From contig NW_021836451.1 in the NCBI RefSeq assembly GCF_006345805.1, positions 1 through 24,161 of the forward strand: a stretch of 24,161 nt of DNA, written 5' to 3'. Below, one piece after another: positions 21,345-24,161 of the stretch. Position 1 is the first letter of the stretch. The number at the start of each line of letters is the position of its first letter. The position numbers and the translations under genes are program-made. The notes under the pieces were generated by a model. That model worked only from the letters and a program-made list of their open reading frames with translations. It was not told the origin of the DNA and ran no database searches. Source of the stretch: Octopus sinensis (taxonomy: Eukaryota).

Positions 21345-21631
21345 ATTTCAACAATTGAGGGCAAAATTAATTAATTATTAATCAATTTCACCAAGTGTTC
21401 AGTATGCAAAGGGACCATTCAAGGCGAATTCAAATTATTACATTATATAAAAGGGCTTAGTAAAATAAATTACTTTGCCGCATACTGAACTCATTAGAAA
21501 TAGCAGCTAAAAAACTTTTTTAAAGCTATTTCTAATACTTAAAGAAAATCTCTCTCATATATAGTGTTTGCTTAATTCAACTCACAAAAGTTTGGGGTAA
21601 GGACATCGAAAAATCAAATGCTAAGGTTATT

Positions 21632-21682
21632 TGAGAACGTACGTTTCAAGATTAGTCAAAACAACATTCTATCATCAGCTCA
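21632..21682 (-). ncRNA. Minimal type I hammerhead ribozyme motif
   Basis: UGAG CUGAUGA UAGAAUGUUGUUUUGACUAAUCUU GAAAC GUAC GUU CUCA: intact CUGAUGA and GAAA core, 4-bp stem I, palindromic stem III, weak stem II. Confidence 0.6.
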
Positions 21683-22147
21683 GAAATTCCTTGGTTTGGA
21701 TTTGGAACACTGAAAATAAGAACATACCCTTTCGAAGATCTGCTCGTAACTAACAGTGCCAACAAATTCAAATAAGCAAGCGAAGAATCTCTGTTCTCCC
21801 CCTTCCACCAGCGTGGGTTAAAATCATCAAACACTATGCTTATTTCGGTAAAATCCGAAGCATTAATCAGAGGGAGATTAATTATAATTTCAACAATTGA
21901 GGGCAAAATTAATTTTGCCCTTAATTTTGCCCTCAATTGTTGAAATATAAATTAATCTCCCTCTGATTAATGCTTCGGATTTTACCGAAATAAGCATAGT
22001 GTTGATGATTTTAACCCACGCTGGTGGAAGGGGGAGAACAGAGATTCTTCGCTTGCTTATTGAATTTGTTGGCACTGTTAGTTACGAGCAGATCTTTGAA
22101 AGGGTATGTTCTTATTTTCAGTGTTTCCAATCCAAACCAAGGAATTC

Positions 22148-22199
22148 TGAGCTGATGATAGAAGTGTTGTTTTGACTAATCTTGAAACGTACGTTCTCA
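22148..22199 (+). ncRNA. Minimal type I hammerhead ribozyme motif (mirror copy)
   Basis: CTGATGA at 22152-22158, GAAAC at 22184-22188, GTT at 22193-22195. tgag (22148-22151) pairs with ctca (22196-22199). Confidence 0.6.
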
Positions 22200-22487
22200 A
22201 ATAACCTTAGCATTTGATTTTTCGATTGTCCTTACCCCCAAACTTTTGTGAGTTGAATTAAGCAAACACTATATATGAGAGAGATTTTCTTTAAGTATTA
22301 GAAATAGCTTTAAAAAGTTTTTTAGCTGCTATTTCTAATGAGTTCAGTATGCGGCAAAGTAATTTATTTTACTAAGCCCTTTTATATAATATATACATAT
22401 ACATATATATATATATATTATATATTATATATATGTATATATATATATATCTATATATATATATTATATATGTGTGTATATATATAT

Positions 22488-23265
22488 TGCAATCCCAGAG
22501 GCACAATCAGTGCGAAACCTAGGTATTTACATGAGTGATGATGCAACCTTTCATGTGCATGTTGCTAAATTGGCAATGAAATGTAGGCGGCTGACCGGAT
22601 GGATTCTTAGAACCTTTAGAACAAGAGACCAGGAAACCATGATGGTCCTCTGGAGGACACTTGTCCTAAGCCACTTTGACTATTGCTCTCAGCTATGGTC
22701 CCCATCCAGTGTCAAGTTAATCACAGAACTTGGGGCGATCCAACGAAGCTACACGAAGAAGATAGCCTCTGTGCAGCATATAAGCTATTGGGAAAGACTC
22801 AAGAGATTGAGACTCTATTCCTTTGAGCGTAGGCGAGAAAGATATGCCATAATATACATCTGGAAGATTCTAGAAGGACTTGTCCCAAACTTTGGCATCG
22901 AGAGTTACACAAATGCCAGAACTGGGCGCCACTGCACAGTGCCAAGAACTCCAAATTTGCCATCAAGATGTAGGACAAGATACTGTGATAGCCTGGGCTT
23001 CCGAGGCCCACAGCTCTTCAATATCCTCCCGAAGAACCTAAGAGACCTGCATGGGGTGGATGCAGATGTCTTTAAAATAAAACTGGATCTCTTCTTGTCA
23101 GGTGTCCCAGATGAACCAACTTCACGGCAGGAGGTGCAGATGAGGACAGCTGCATCGAACTCTCTCATGCACCAAATGTCAATTGCTAAAAAGCATTCGT
23201 GAAGTAAAATCATGTAGCAACACCAAATGGCGGTGCCACAGCTTGTGATGCGCTGAAACTAGATA
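22488..23265 (+). mobile_element. 5'-truncated CR1/L2-group LINE with an uninterrupted RT C-terminal frame (to 23202)
   Basis: VRNLGIYMSDD..WILRTFRTRD..LVLSHFDYCSQLWSP..QRSYTKKI..YWERLKRLRLYSFERRRERY, open for about 238 codons. Short 3'UTR; (TA)n on both sides. Confidence 0.9.
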
Positions 23266-23275
23266 ATATATATAT

Positions 23276-23320
<45 letters not shown>

Positions 23321-23363
23321 ATATATATATAGATATATATATATATATATATAAATATATATA
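23266..23363. repeat. (TA)n microsatellite
   Basis: Seen directly; a similar tract lies at 22391-22487. Confidence 0.95.
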
Positions 23364-23826
23364 ATTTTAATCCAAACGGGAAAACAAAAAAACAACAACA
23401 CGTGGAACAATTACAGTATTATTATTAATAGGCGCTCAGGAAATATGGAAGCAGGAAGGTATGACGTTTCGAGCGGAGCTCTTCGTCGGAAACATAAGAA
23501 GGAAAAGAGAGGAAAGAAAGATCCCAAAGTGGGCAACAAGAGATGGAGAAAAAAAACGACTGGTGTTTACGAAGTACACATGGTGAAAGGCGGATGTTTA
23601 CGATAACAGAGCAAAGTAGGTTTTTAAAGCCAAAAGAGTGGAGACAGGGTTGGTAACGCAACAGATGTGTGTGTATGTGTGAGTGTGTGAGTGCGTGCGG
23701 TGTGTGTATGGGAGAGACGAGAAAAAAACAAAAAATATATGTATATGTTAGTGTATGCATCTGTGTGTAGGCGTGTGAGGTAGGGCGAACGGTAGTAGGC
23801 AGCAGACAGTGGTCAGTAGTAAGATG
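23364..23826 (-). mobile_element. Penelope-like terminal-repeat fragment
   Basis: Related to 18638-18826 through shared motifs. Contains a hammerhead-like motif at 23459-23493. Flanked by (TA)n. Confidence 0.55.
23459..23493 (-). ncRNA. Minimal hammerhead-like motif with U4-to-C variant
   Basis: GUUU CCGACGA A GAGC UCC GCUC GAAAC GUC AUAC: stem II 4 bp, stem III ACGU palindrome, stem I 3 of 4 pairs. Confidence 0.45.
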
Positions 23827-24028
23827 TATATATAATTATATGTATATATATATATGTATATATATAATTATTATATATATATATATATATATGTTAATAT
23901 ATATAATATATTTCTATATATATTATATATATGTATATATGTATAATAAATGTATATATGTATATATATATGTATATATGTATATATATGTATATATGTA
24001 TGTATATATGTATATATATATGTATATA
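23827..24028. repeat. (TA)n/(TATG)n microsatellite
   Basis: Seen directly. Confidence 0.95.
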
Positions 24029-24161
24029 CCGTCCCAGGGTCTCTAGAGCCCATGCCTTCCACACCCTCAGGTTGGCACCCTCAACGTTGGCACTCTGAAA
24101 GGTAGGTCTGGTGAGATAGTCGAGATGCTTGAACGGAGATGTGTGGATATATGTTGCATGC
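24029..24161 (+). mobile_element. RTE LINE, start of the APE endonuclease domain (runs off the window)
   Basis: GTLNVGTLKGRSGEIVEMLERRCVDICCM, an RTE APE N-terminal motif, with a 1-nt frameshift just upstream. Confidence 0.85.

Larger units (their letters stand above)
21345..22390. mobile_element. Penelope-like/retrozyme-like unit: 542-bp terminally redundant monomer plus 469-bp inverted copy
   Basis: 28-bp direct repeat at 21345-21372 and 21887-21914. Arms 21442-21910 and 21922-22390 are reverse complements. Hammerhead motif in each arm; (TA)n on both flanks. Confidence 0.7.

Overview
AT-rich eukaryotic non-coding DNA, very probably from an octopus or other coleoid cephalopod (inferred from the SINE families and the long TA-type microsatellites; no database check possible). 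I found no host protein-coding exon, rRNA, true tRNA or CRISPR array. Most of the window is nested transposable-element debris. It holds three tRNA-headed SINE families (called A, B, C here), degenerate RTE, Tx1 and CR1/L2-like LINE fragments, hAT- and piggyBac-like MITEs, a putative solo LTR and Penelope-like (PLE) remnants. Five features stand out. (1) A 542-bp terminally redundant unit plus its 469-bp mirror image (21345-22390) carries a minimal type I hammerhead-ribozyme motif on each strand; two further degenerate hammerhead-like motifs lie at 18735 and 23459. (2) An RTE copy has a twin-priming-like 5' inversion (6030-7365). (3) An RTE 3' tail is fused to a 354-bp inverted copy of DNA lying 1.3 kb away. 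(4) A 748-bp foldback element sits inside a SINE. (5) A 3-kb CR1-like LINE inserted almost bluntly into one arm of a long inverted repeat. Alignments were made by eye, so ends of degenerate elements are approximate.
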